DNA from: Candidatus Cloacimonadales bacterium
GTDB taxonomy: Bacteria > Cloacimonadota > Cloacimonadia > Cloacimonadales > JAFGVF01
Direction of reading: 5' to 3'
NCBI GenBank assembly: GCA_963663475.2
Contig: CAXXJV010000002.1
Location: 256,001 to 320,000, forward strand
DNA: 64,000 nt
In this document: one piece after another, positions 48,966-57,353 of the stretch
Layout of the letters: the number at the start of each line of letters is the position of its first letter
Position numbering within the stretch: position 1 is the stretch's first letter
Made by a program: the position numbers and the translations under genes
Notes under the pieces: model-generated
Told to the model about the DNA's origin: nothing
What the model saw: only the letters and a program-made list of their open reading frames with translations
The model's database searches: none

Positions 48966-50994
48966 AGAAGCTGCTAAAAAATTAGGTATATCAACAAAAA
49001 CTATTAGAAGACGGATTTCTAATGGCGAATTGAAGACTAAATATGAAACAATCTATAAAAATGGAAGTGGAATAAAGACTCAATTTATATATGTCTTTTT
49101 TGATGAAAATAATCAGATGGACACTTCAAAAAAATCAGATGGACATCAGATGGACACTTCAAAAAAATCAGATGGACATCAGATGGACACTTCAAAAAAA
49201 TCAGATGGACATCAGATGGACACTTCAAAAAAATCAGATGGACATCAGATGGACACTTCTATCACCCCCCAAATCCAACCCTTAACCCTTCCTCCAATTT
49301 TATCAGATTATGGTCCTGATTTTTTCATTAAGCGGACATCTGGTTCCATGCGGGACAAGTTAATCGAGACATATTTAAATTTAAGTCGAGATGAGAAGAG
49401 TCAAGTTTTGGGATATGTCAGGCAGTTCATGAGTGAGCGAACCTGGTATAGTTGGGTAAGCCGATATAGGAATAGGGGTCATTTAAAGAGAAAGGTAAGA
49501 GCAGATAGGGGTAAAAGCCGTAAAGAGCTTCCTACTTTTATGCAGGAGTTATTGCAGGCAATTCTTATTTCTCATCCTCAATGGAATGTTCAGAAGGCTT
49601 ACGAGGATATGAAGCTATTGGCAGTCAATGGGGACTTAGTAGATTATTATACTGGTGAAGTATATGAAGATGTAAGTGAGTATTTGGTCCGTGAATGGAT
49701 AAAGACTTCGATCGTTCGTGATAGATGGTATTTCAGGTGGTATCCTAAGAGCAGGCGAAATCTTTATACCAGTATGAGTCATGCTCGAGGAATAAACCCA
49801 CCTAACACGGTATGGATGATAGATGATCATGACCAGGATGTATTAGTATGGAGTAAAGACAAGGATGGAAATGACAGGCAAATCAGGCCAAAGGTAATTC
49901 GTTCCTTGGATCCAGAGACTAATATGATAATGGGCTGGTGCATGACAGATGACACATATGGTTCTATTGAGATAAAGACAGCTATCATAGATGGAATAAT
50001 CAAGCATAGATGTATTCCTAAGCAGATATATTTAGAATGTGATAAAAGAATGCGGGAAAGCGGATTGATTGAAGGTTTAGAGAAGTTAGGAATAGAAGTA
50101 ATAGGAACTCCTTACAATCCGACAGCTAAGGTTAATGTAGAGCGAAGTTTTGGCAATGACAGGATGGAGCTTGATAGCAAGTATGATTCTTATATTAACC
50201 ACAACACAGTTGAGCGTCCAGATGATGCAGACAGAAGAGTTTTCACCAATTACGAGGAGTATTTCCAGGATTATGCAGATTATGTAGAGCATTGGAATAC
50301 CCAGCGACCAAGTATCTTCAGGGGCAAGATAAAAATGACTCCTGTAGATATGTGGAATGCCTGGATAAAGAGAGGTTGGAAACCTGAAATGTTACCAATG
50401 AATGTAATTGACCATATTCCTTACTGGTTTGGCAAGAAAGAAGTAAGGGTAGTTCAGGGTGGTAGAGTAAGATTTACTATAGATGGTGAGCAGTTCTACT
50501 ATTTAGGAGAGTGCTTAATGCAACTTCCTAATGGAACCCCTGTAGATATAAGAAGAAAGTTTAATGATCCTCGAGAGGGTTATGTATATATAGGTAATGA
50601 GAATTTAGGCAAGATATTCTTACAAGAGAAAGTAGGTTATGGATTCTTAGAGTTCTCACAACCGGAAGCTGTGAAAATGGTACAAGGATTTAATCTCATG
50701 AGAACCAAGTTATTGAAGGTTAATGATGAAGATTATCCATTTATCAAATCTTATCTTAATAGAATTGAGGAACTTAGCAAGTCACAAATCAAAGACGCAA
50801 CTATGTTAATCCCCAATAAGATCATTCGTTTCATCAACGAAAAGACAGGTTCAGCTTTAGAAGTATCTGAGAAGATGCGACAAGAAGAAGTATCAGTTCT
50901 TAAGGTTAAGAGTGGTTTAACTAGGAAGATGGATAGTAAGGTGAATGATTTGGATGATGAAATTAGTGCCTTATTGGGAGGAAGTGGAGAGTGA
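48949..50994 (+). CDS. Mu-type DDE transposase/integrase
   Basis: N-terminal HTH (WLTTKEAAKKLGIS), RADRGKSR, WMIDDHDQD, PKQIYLECD, YNPTAKVNVERSFG, WN...TP..MW, C-terminal beta-barrel. Confidence 0.88.
   Translation: MWLTTKEAAKKLGISTKTIRRRISNGELKTKYETIYKNGSGIKTQFIYVFFDENNQMDTSKKSDGHQMDTSKKSDGHQMDTSKKSDGHQMDTSKKSDGHQMDTSITPQIQPLTLPPILSDYGPDFFIKRTSGSMRDKLIETYLNLSRDEKSQVLGYVRQFMSERTWYSWVSRYRNRGHLKRKVRADRGKSRKELPTFMQELLQAILISHPQWNVQKAYEDMKLLAVNGDLVDYYTGEVYEDVSEYLVREWIKTSIVRDRWYFRWYPKSRRNLYTSMSHARGINPPNTVWMIDDHDQDVLVWSKDKDGNDRQIRPKVIRSLDPETNMIMGWCMTDDTYGSIEIKTAIIDGIIKHRCIPKQIYLECDKRMRESGLIEGLEKLGIEVIGTPYNPTAKVNVERSFGNDRMELDSKYDSYINHNTVERPDDADRRVFTNYEEYFQDYADYVEHWNTQRPSIFRGKIKMTPVDMWNAWIKRGWKPEMLPMNVIDHIPYWFGKKEVRVVQGGRVRFTIDGEQFYYLGECLMQLPNGTPVDIRRKFNDPREGYVYIGNENLGKIFLQEKVGYGFLEFSQPEAVKMVQGFNLMRTKLLKVNDEDYPFIKSYLNRIEELSKSQIKDATMLIPNKIIRFINEKTGSALEVSEKMRQEEVSVLKVKSGLTRKMDSKVNDLDDEISALLGGSGE
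49112..49259 (+). repeat. Perfect 33-bp tandem repeat x4.5 inside the transposase
   Basis: ATCAGATGGACACTTCAAAAAAATCAGATGGAC encodes QMDTSKKSDGH; contains 9 copies of ATCAGATGGAC. Confidence 0.97.
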
Positions 50995-51054
50995 TTTTGA
51001 ATTGAGAATAAAGGGATATTTGAACAGAGAATAGAGTGATTAAGAGTGAGAAAT

Positions 51055-51167
51055 GTAGGGGCGAAACATCTTTCGCCCAATTAAGAAACCACCCCGTCTT
51101 GGAAATACCAAGACACCCCTCCACAGAGGGGAATTAAGAATGCCGGCAAGATGCCAGCGTTCCCAGT
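51055..51167 (+). repeat. Cluster of three different REP-like hairpins
   Basis: GTAGGGGCGAAACATCTTTCGCCC; ACCACCCC...CACCCCTCCACAGAGGGGAATT (also 57654-57692); GAATGCCGGCAAGATGCCAGCGTTCCCAG (also 52721-52751). Confidence 0.75.
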
Positions 51168-51185
51168 AAAATAAGGAGTAAGAGA

Positions 51186-51458
51186 ATGGAATTAGAAGTA
51201 ATATTAAAAGAATGGGAAGATGAAGTAAGTGATTTATACAAGTTACTTCAGCAGGATGAGGAAGAGAAGAAGAAGATCAATCTCAAAATGAAAGAGAGTG
51301 AACTAGGTCAACAACGATTGGAGTTAACCAGGAGAATTAAAAAGATAAAAGGCTTAATTGAGCAAAGACGCTTTGAGATATCCGGGTTAAAGAAAGCTGA
51401 ACAAAGGCTTAAAGGCAAGGTAAAGGCAAAGAGGCGATTAACCATAGGAGAAAATTAA
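51186..51458 (+). CDS. Phage coiled-coil hypothetical protein
   Basis: AAGGAG RBS; charged helical 90 aa. Confidence 0.7.
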   Translation: MELEVILKEWEDEVSDLYKLLQQDEEEKKKINLKMKESELGQQRLELTRRIKKIKGLIEQRRFEISGLKKAEQRLKGKVKAKRRLTIGEN

Positions 51459-51462
51459 GGCA

Positions 51463-51648
51463 ATGCTATGCAGGTACTGTAATGGGAAGTTAAAGGTAAT
51501 TAAGACCGAGTGTAATGATAGTGGAGTAATGCGAATAAGACGCTGTAATGATTGCGGAATGGTAATCACTACCTTTGAGAAAAACAGTCAGGAGAAAAGA
51601 GCCAATGGAAAGAAAAGCAGCAATAAGGCTGATTTGGCACAAAAGTAA
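51463..51648 (+). CDS. Zinc-ribbon protein, Ogr/Delta- or NrdR-N-like
   Basis: CRYC-x21-CNDC followed by TTFE. Confidence 0.65.
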   Translation: MLCRYCNGKLKVIKTECNDSGVMRIRRCNDCGMVITTFEKNSQEKRANGKKSSNKADLAQK

Positions 51649-52006
51649 AGACATGGGATGGACACCTGAAGAGCTTCATCAGCAGATAGGTAGTCTAAAC
51701 ATGGTTCGATTTGATAGGATAAGCTGTTGTTCAGGACGGGAGTTATCTCTAATCCTGAACCAGCTTTTTCAGGTTCAAGCATTTGTGGCAGACAGTAAAT
51801 CGGTAAGATATTTGAAGTATCTGTGTAAAGATAATGATAATAAGGAGACCTTGAAAGGTATTCTTAAGCGTTGGAAAAAGCAAAGTGTATATCAAATGAA
51901 TAACAAGCAATTAGCGTTTGCTATATCGTTTTTAAAGGGAGATGAGACTGGAGTTAGGAGTGAGGAGTTGAAGAGGCTCACCACAGAGAACACAGAGAAG
52001 AATTGA
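51605..52006 (+). CDS. GemA/gp16-like (DUF1018-like) protein
   Basis: IRLIW...MGW...L...S......EL..IL..L pattern; AGGAG RBS; Mu-like early context. Confidence 0.5.
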   Translation: MERKAAIRLIWHKSKDMGWTPEELHQQIGSLNMVRFDRISCCSGRELSLILNQLFQVQAFVADSKSVRYLKYLCKDNDNKETLKGILKRWKKQSVYQMNNKQLAFAISFLKGDETGVRSEELKRLTTENTEKN

Positions 52007-52080
52007 GAATTGAGAGTTGAGAGTTGAGAATTTCCTCACACGAAGACACGAAGACACGAAGAAAAAAAAGGAGTAAAATT

Positions 52081-52305
52081 ATGACTATATTTTTATTATT
52101 CACCACGATGGTATTAGCAATAATGCTTACTTTATCATTTTTCGGTTCAACAGGCCGAATATCAGAATTAGAAGAGAAGAACTTTCTTTTAAAGAGTGAG
52201 AACTATCAATTAAAGCAGAAGTTTAACCAATCACAAGACAAGCTAAAGCTTATAAAAGTTCAAGCTAAGAAATTGAGAAATATTCAGAAGTATAGGGGGT
52301 GCTAA
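52081..52305 (+). CDS. Small membrane-anchored coiled-coil protein
   Basis: AAGGAG RBS, N-terminal hydrophobic helix, then heptads. Confidence 0.65.
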   Translation: MTIFLLFTTMVLAIMLTLSFFGSTGRISELEEKNFLLKSENYQLKQKFNQSQDKLKLIKVQAKKLRNIQKYRGC

Positions 52306-52536
52306 ATGGCTGCTTTGCATAAAGCCTTAGTACAGAATGACGGTATATACTGTAATGGCACCTGGTATTATCATAAGGATATCTTAGTGAAAATGGGCCA
52401 AGAGTGCCTGGTGGAGAAAACAGGATTAGGAGAAAGAGCTAATATTTATGATTTAGAAGGTGAGAGATGGGATGGCCAAGCCCAAGCCGTGGTAACGGTG
52501 AGTGTTAAGCCTTTGAAGAGAGGAGTTAGGAAATGA
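52306..52536 (+). CDS. Stand-alone Mu-transposase C-terminal-like domain
   Basis: VQNDGIYCNGTWYY...MGQECLV...IYDLEG matches the V..GI..G..Y...G..V...VYD..G pattern. Confidence 0.5.
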   Translation: MAALHKALVQNDGIYCNGTWYYHKDILVKMGQECLVEKTGLGERANIYDLEGERWDGQAQAVVTVSVKPLKRGVRK

Positions 52537-52769
52537 AGTGCTTCACACGAAGGCACGAAGGCACGAAGAAGAAAAACCCCTTAACACAGAGTTTCACAGA
52601 GGTTAAGAGGAGTTTCACAGAGGTTTGAGAGTGGAAAGGATATGAAAAGCGTACTGGAATACGCATTTATACAATTTTAGATATTAACAAATAAGTCAAG
52701 AAGAAATTAAGAATTAAAGAGAATGCGGGCAGGGATGCCCACGTTCCCAGTTAATTAAAGGAGAAAAAG

Positions 52770-53411
52770 ATGTTTAAGTTTTTAGAAGCACGAAAAGAGG
52801 GAAACAAGACTATCTTAAGCGTTCCCAGATGTTTATATGAAGATTTTAGAAATGAAATAATGTTATTAATACATGGTAGTTTACTTATCGTTAATGATCA
52901 TAAGGATTTCCAAAAACAGGTAGAAAAACTGGAAAGTTTTTTGAGTGGTTCGGATCTACATATTTCTCGAGATACTCTTTCGGTATATCTTGCTTACAGT
53001 AATTGTACGGAAATATATTTGACCACACACGGAGTAAAAAGGGGCTGTAAAATGAATGAAAAGGCCACAGCAGAAGCCATGAAAGATGTATTTCGTGCTT
53101 CTGATATTCTAGAAGTTCTTGAGCATTTTTCTGAAAGCTTTGATCAAAGTCTCTTACCCGGGTCAGAGGGTCAGAGAAAGTGTAATGAAAGCACCAGATT
53201 GTGTAAAGAACCAGCTGAGCAAAGCGAGAAGAGGAAGTCTTTGCTTGAATTTCTGCGACGTGATCTGGATGAAGCGATGAAAGCTTTAATACAAACCGGA
53301 CAGTATGCTTATATTTGGCAAGAGAATCTAATAGAGCTGTTTCGCCCGACACTAAACATAATTGATAAAGATGTTCCACCTGCTTCTCAGATAGAAGTGA
53401 AGATAGTTTAG
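52770..53411 (+). CDS. Hypothetical protein overlapped by an antisense ORF
   Basis: 213 aa, AAGGAG RBS. Confidence 0.5.
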   Translation: MFKFLEARKEGNKTILSVPRCLYEDFRNEIMLLIHGSLLIVNDHKDFQKQVEKLESFLSGSDLHISRDTLSVYLAYSNCTEIYLTTHGVKRGCKMNEKATAEAMKDVFRASDILEVLEHFSESFDQSLLPGSEGQRKCNESTRLCKEPAEQSEKRKSLLEFLRRDLDEAMKALIQTGQYAYIWQENLIELFRPTLNIIDKDVPPASQIEVKIV

Positions 53412-53457
53412 TAATAGCTTCAGCAACCCGCATTAGGTTGAGTTCATGTTGTTTCAT
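52891..53457 (-). CDS. Antisense hypothetical protein with its own promoter and RBS
   Basis: AGGAGG (53468-53463) 5 nt before ATG; TTGACT at 53513-53508; 188 codons open. Confidence 0.55.
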   Translation of the reverse strand: MKQHELNLMRVAEAITKLSSLLSEKQVEHLYQLCLVSGETALLDSLAKYKHTVRFVLKLSSLHPDHVAEIQAKTSSSRFAQLVLYTIWCFHYTFSDPLTRVRDFDQSFQKNAQELLEYQKHEIHLSWLLLWPFHSFYSPFLLRVWSNIFPYNYCKQDIPKEYLEKYVDPNHSKNFPVFLPVFGNPYDH

Positions 53458-53530
53458 GGGTTCCTCCTAAAGGTAAATTTACAAATAAATACAAGTATTA
53501 ACAAATAAGTCAAGGAAAAAGGAGAAAAAG

Positions 53531-53803
53531 ATGAAACCTAGAGTGATAATCCATTTAGAGTGTGATAGTGTATTAAGAGAACCTAAAGTAGTTAAAGCCT
53601 TGGAAGATTTAGGAATCGAAATAACAGGGACAGCTTATAATCCAACAAGTAAAGTTGATGTGACGATACAGAAAGAATTAACCCTTGAAATGGCTCACAA
53701 GAAGATTGAGAGCATGTTCGAGGGGCTCCCACCCTCTAAAGTAGCCAATATACTAAGTTATATTGCTGATGAGCTAAGAGCTGATACGAGGTTTAAACTA
53801 TGA
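53531..53803 (+). CDS. Small protein homologous to part of the transposase catalytic core
   Basis: IHLECDSVLRE...LEDLGIEITGTAYNPTSKVDV versus transposase IYLECDKRMRE...LEKLGIEVIGTPYNPTAKVNV. Confidence 0.75.
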   Translation: MKPRVIIHLECDSVLREPKVVKALEDLGIEITGTAYNPTSKVDVTIQKELTLEMAHKKIESMFEGLPPSKVANILSYIADELRADTRFKL

Positions 53804-54093
53804 AATACTATGAAATAATAGACCCTAAAGTAAAAGAAATGACTATACAAGGCATATTAGGGTCTTGTAACAAGTTAAATTTTACCGAAGAGATGCTTGA
53901 AATAGTCAAGAATATATCAGTCAGCCTGGTTCCAAAAGATAAAGGTACTTTATTAATTACAGCCTGCTTTCCTTCCAGACGGGTATTAGTAAAATCAGAT
54001 ACTCTACCAGTTAAAAATGCTGATGATCAAATTGAAATAAGCAAAGAAGAGTATGATGCTTTGGTGGAAGCAAATCATCTGGAGGAAGAGTGA
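53800..54093 (+). CDS. Phage hypothetical protein
   Basis: ATGA overlap with the upstream ORF; GAGG RBS. Confidence 0.6.
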   Translation: MKYYEIIDPKVKEMTIQGILGSCNKLNFTEEMLEIVKNISVSLVPKDKGTLLITACFPSRRVLVKSDTLPVKNADDQIEISKEEYDALVEANHLEEE

Positions 54094-54305
54094 AGGAACA
54101 AAGAAAATATGTATGGAAAATCAAGTATAAAAGCGGTAATGGAGACTATATAGAAGTAAGTGTTATTGCATCAGGTTTTGAAGCATTAGCAAAGTGGTTG
54201 TACCGGAGAATATGGGTAAACAATGTAATAACCATTTCCTTAGATAAAGAAATATTGGAGCTTGTTGATGAAGACTCTGATATACTACAATTAGATAACA
54301 ATTAA
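54090..54305 (+). CDS. Phage hypothetical protein
   Basis: GGAGG RBS and GTGA overlap. Confidence 0.6.
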   Translation: MKEQRKYVWKIKYKSGNGDYIEVSVIASGFEALAKWLYRRIWVNNVITISLDKEILELVDEDSDILQLDNN

Positions 54306-54331
54306 CCACCCCGCCTATACAGGCATCAAAG

Positions 54332-54370
54332 AGTTGTCGGAAGTCGCTACTTCGTAAGCAAGACCCGTCA
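54332..54370 (+). repeat. 39-bp repeat (second copy at 57424-57462)
   Basis: AGTTGTCGGAAGTCGCTACTTCGT(A/G)AGCAAGACC(C/T)GTCA, 2 mismatches, internal hairpin. Confidence 0.85.
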
Positions 54371-54382
54371 AAGGAGACAAGT

Positions 54383-55093
54383 ATGAATAACGAACAATTT
54401 ATGGAGTTAAGTCCTGAAGAAAGATTTGAAGCAATCAGGAAGCTCTTAGGAAAGATGGAACTTAGTATGGTAGAGACAGGTAATCTGCTCTCTGAGATTA
54501 AGAGAATGCGAACATACAAAATAAAGGGTTATAAGAGCTTTAGAGAGTTTACTGAAGCTGAGTATAACCTACCCGGTAGAGTGGCCAATTCTTTAACTAA
54601 GATGTATGACTTCTTTATTAGAGAGATGAACCTGGATGAAGATACTATCAATAAGGTTGGTTTTGATAAGTTGGAGTTAATCCACCCAATAGTAAAAGAT
54701 ACAAGTTATGAAGTTCAGGAGGAGTGGGTAAAAACAGCTGAAGACCTTACATATCCTGAGTTAAATGAGAAAGTAAAAGAGATAAAAGTAAAAGCCCGGG
54801 AAGAAGCAAAGACCTTAAAAGATGTCTTAGTAGAACAATACTTTGAGAACATGCTGGGATACTTCAACTGCTCAAAGAGAGAATTAAATTACAAGTTAGC
54901 TCTTTATTTCCAGGATATGGATTTGGAAGAAGTTAATGAAGTGATCAGGAAGCAACAAAGGAAGTTTGAGGAAGAAATAGAAGGGTCTCACACGAAGGTA
55001 CGAAGACACGAAGAAGATAAGGCCCTTAACACAGAGGATACTTTTCCTAAGGGGAGTTTCGTAGAGATTTTAAGAGAAAAGGATAAAAGATGA
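54383..55093 (+). CDS. DUF3102-like phage protein
   Basis: GNLLSEIK...Y...GYKSFREF.E.E......A..L pattern; AAGGAG RBS. Confidence 0.55.
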   Translation: MNNEQFMELSPEERFEAIRKLLGKMELSMVETGNLLSEIKRMRTYKIKGYKSFREFTEAEYNLPGRVANSLTKMYDFFIREMNLDEDTINKVGFDKLELIHPIVKDTSYEVQEEWVKTAEDLTYPELNEKVKEIKVKAREEAKTLKDVLVEQYFENMLGYFNCSKRELNYKLALYFQDMDLEEVNEVIRKQQRKFEEEIEGSHTKVRRHEEDKALNTEDTFPKGSFVEILREKDKR

Positions 55094-55149
55094 AAAAAGG
55101 AATCAAACACAGTGAAATTAGTGGATAGATTAAAAAAGGAGAAAGAATA

Positions 55150-55761
55150 ATGGCAAAAGAGATTAAAGAAGGAAAGAGTGTATATTGGGTCGATGGAGAA
55201 GGATATAAGGTTCCTGTAAAGTATATCAGTAAAGATGATCAGGCCCGTGATGAGTTAGTGTGTAAAGTTATAAGTGATGTTATTGCACTTCAGAAGCAGA
55301 TAGCAGAGTTTAGAGTAGATGTCTTCAGAGTAGTGGATAATCATTTAAACAAGGTTGCCCATCAACATGGTGAAGACTGGCGAGGCAATGCCTGGATTTA
55401 TGATTTTTCTAAGGAGAAAGCCATCGAGGTTAAGATCAATAAGAGATTAGCTTTTGATGAACGCCTCCAATTAGCCAAAACTAAGATAGATAACTATATC
55501 AAAGGACTTGTGAAACAATCAGGTAAAGAGATAGTTATGCTTATTAATAAGGCCTTTAATGTCGATAAAAGAGGCAATGTAGATGTTCAGCAGATTTTAG
55601 GATTGAGACAACTAAAAATCGAACATCCGGAATGGCAAGAAGCTATGGCCTTGATAGATGAAGCAACCCAGGTAGAATCTACCAAGAAATATCTTACCTT
55701 TAAGGTTAAGGATGATACTGGGGAATGGAATACTATCAGCTTGAACTTTTCAGCACTGTAA
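55150..55761 (+). CDS. DUF3164-like protein typical of Mu-like phages
   Basis: WVDGEGYKVP, FDERLQLAKTKID, AFNVDKRGNVD..ILGL, W.EAM, I.LNFSAL. Confidence 0.8.
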   Translation: MAKEIKEGKSVYWVDGEGYKVPVKYISKDDQARDELVCKVISDVIALQKQIAEFRVDVFRVVDNHLNKVAHQHGEDWRGNAWIYDFSKEKAIEVKINKRLAFDERLQLAKTKIDNYIKGLVKQSGKEIVMLINKAFNVDKRGNVDVQQILGLRQLKIEHPEWQEAMALIDEATQVESTKKYLTFKVKDDTGEWNTISLNFSAL

Positions 55762-55823
55762 GAGAAGACTTTTACACGAATTTAAACGAATTTAAACCAA
55801 TTAACACGAATTAGGAGAAGATA

Positions 55824-56138
55824 ATGAATGATAAAATAAAAACTATTGATGATGAAATAGATGAAATGATAGAAAATGCAAAAAGTGCAAGCCCGGTTAA
55901 TAAGGAGGACTTGCACTTGGTTTCTGATGAAGAGTTAAGTTCTCTTGAGATAAAGAACAGGAGAATCCGCAAAACTGTTGATGTAGCAACAGATAGAATT
56001 CTTAAAACCCTTCATGCTTTGTTAGATGATGGACGTCATCACGAGGCGTCCAAGCTCATCTTTCACATTGAAATACCTTGTGTTAAGCGAGGCGTTGGCA
56101 AGCCTGTGCTTAGCTATAAGGTAGAGAGAAACTGCTAA
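55824..56138 (+). CDS. Phage hypothetical protein
   Basis: AGGAG RBS; 3' 117 nt overlapped by the antisense ORF. Confidence 0.55.
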   Translation: MNDKIKTIDDEIDEMIENAKSASPVNKEDLHLVSDEELSSLEIKNRRIRKTVDVATDRILKTLHALLDDGRHHEASKLIFHIEIPCVKRGVGKPVLSYKVERNC

Positions 56139-56393
56139 ATCAATATCCTGAGAGGCAATTCGGTTAATCTTATTTGAACATTGTTCTGGGAGACACTCCT
56201 GGAAAATACGAGAGAGAACTTTGGTTCTTTCTATGAGCACTGTCTGTTCAATAGATTCATACTTTTTGCCTCTCGCTTTTTTTATGACTTCTTCAGGAAA
56301 GACATATTTCAAAAAATCTTTGGCGAGTTTTTTCTGATTAGTTTCGTAGTAATAGAAGTCAAAGTTACCTTTATAATGAAAGGTTTCGTGCAT
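56022..56393 (-). CDS. Antisense (moron-like) hypothetical protein with its own promoter and RBS
   Basis: AAAGGAGG before ATG 56393; TTGACA at 56451-56446. Confidence 0.65.
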   Translation of the reverse strand: MHETFHYKGNFDFYYYETNQKKLAKDFLKYVFPEEVIKKARGKKYESIEQTVLIERTKVLSRIFQECLPEQCSNKINRIASQDIDLAVSLYLIAKHRLANASLNTRYFNVKDELGRLVMTSII

Positions 56394-56469
56394 AATATCC
56401 TCCTTTGGAATTAATTATTTCAATAATCGAAGGATAAACTAAAAATGTCAAGTTTTTAAAGGAGAGAAG

Positions 56470-56682
56470 ATGTCTATAATGCTTTGGAAATATTATCTAC
56501 TGGGCTTATTTATTGTTTTAGGATATGGAAGATTATCAAAAAGTGTAATATGTTATCATTTTTTAATAATGCTTATGTTTCCTATATTAGTGGTAATCCA
56601 CTGCCTGAAGATAATAATTCTCTATATAAAAGCATATTGTCCAAAATATGAAATAAGATTTATCCCGGAGAAAAGAAAATGA
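56470..56682 (+). CDS. Small hydrophobic membrane protein
   Basis: AAGGAG RBS; two hydrophobic stretches. Confidence 0.55.
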   Translation: MSIMLWKYYLLGLFIVLGYGRLSKSVICYHFLIMLMFPILVVIHCLKIIILYIKAYCPKYEIRFIPEKRK

Positions 56683-57353
56683 CCAACAGAGAGTTATATA
56701 TCAAAGCTGTAGAGTTAGTAGGTAAGGAAGTAATGGAAGTCAAGCAGAGGCAGTTCTTACAGAGGATAATTAAGAAGAACCAAGCCCCTAAATCCCCTAA
56801 AGGGGACTTTGATAAGATGGGAATGAAGAATGAGATATACCAGGAAATAATCACTTATTTAAATAACCTGTCAGGTAAACAATTTCGTTGGAATACTCCA
56901 GAGACTAAAGCTTTAATCAGAGCCAGATTAAACGAAGGTTTTACAGTAAAAGAATTTAAACAGGTTATAGATATTAAGTGTAAGCAATGGCTGACAAATG
57001 AGTATTTTAAATTCTTAAGGCCGAAGACTCTTTTTGGTACTAAATTTGAGGGTTATCTGCAAGAATGGATAGTCTTTAAGAAGAAAGAAGAATATCAAAG
57101 GAAAGAGCTCGAGAAAGCTAGGAGGATTGAGAGAGGACTTCCTGATGAAACTATTACTCCGGAAGAGTTGAAAAAACAAGAAGAGTGGAGAAAGCAAAGT
57201 AAAGAGCTCTTAGCTAAAGCTAGTGAAGAGGATTATAAGACCTTTTATAAGCAATTAAAGCCACCTTTTAAAGACATGGCCTATAAAAGGGGATTGAAGG
57301 ATAATCTTGTGAAGTTGTATTATATTCAGTGGTTAAAAATGAATAAAGACTGA
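56679..57353 (+). CDS. Conserved phage C-terminal domain (Phg_2220_C-like) protein
   Basis: EIITYLN...G..F.....LIRARLNEGFT...FKQVID.K...W.....LRPKTLFG.KFEGYL. Confidence 0.8.
   Translation: MTNRELYIKAVELVGKEVMEVKQRQFLQRIIKKNQAPKSPKGDFDKMGMKNEIYQEIITYLNNLSGKQFRWNTPETKALIRARLNEGFTVKEFKQVIDIKCKQWLTNEYFKFLRPKTLFGTKFEGYLQEWIVFKKKEEYQRKELEKARRIERGLPDETITPEELKKQEEWRKQSKELLAKASEEDYKTFYKQLKPPFKDMAYKRGLKDNLVKLYYIQWLKMNKD

Noticed and set aside
49112-49259. 33-bp array as a CRISPR array
   Set aside because: Units are identical and contiguous with no unique spacers, lie in frame in a CDS, and no cas genes are present.
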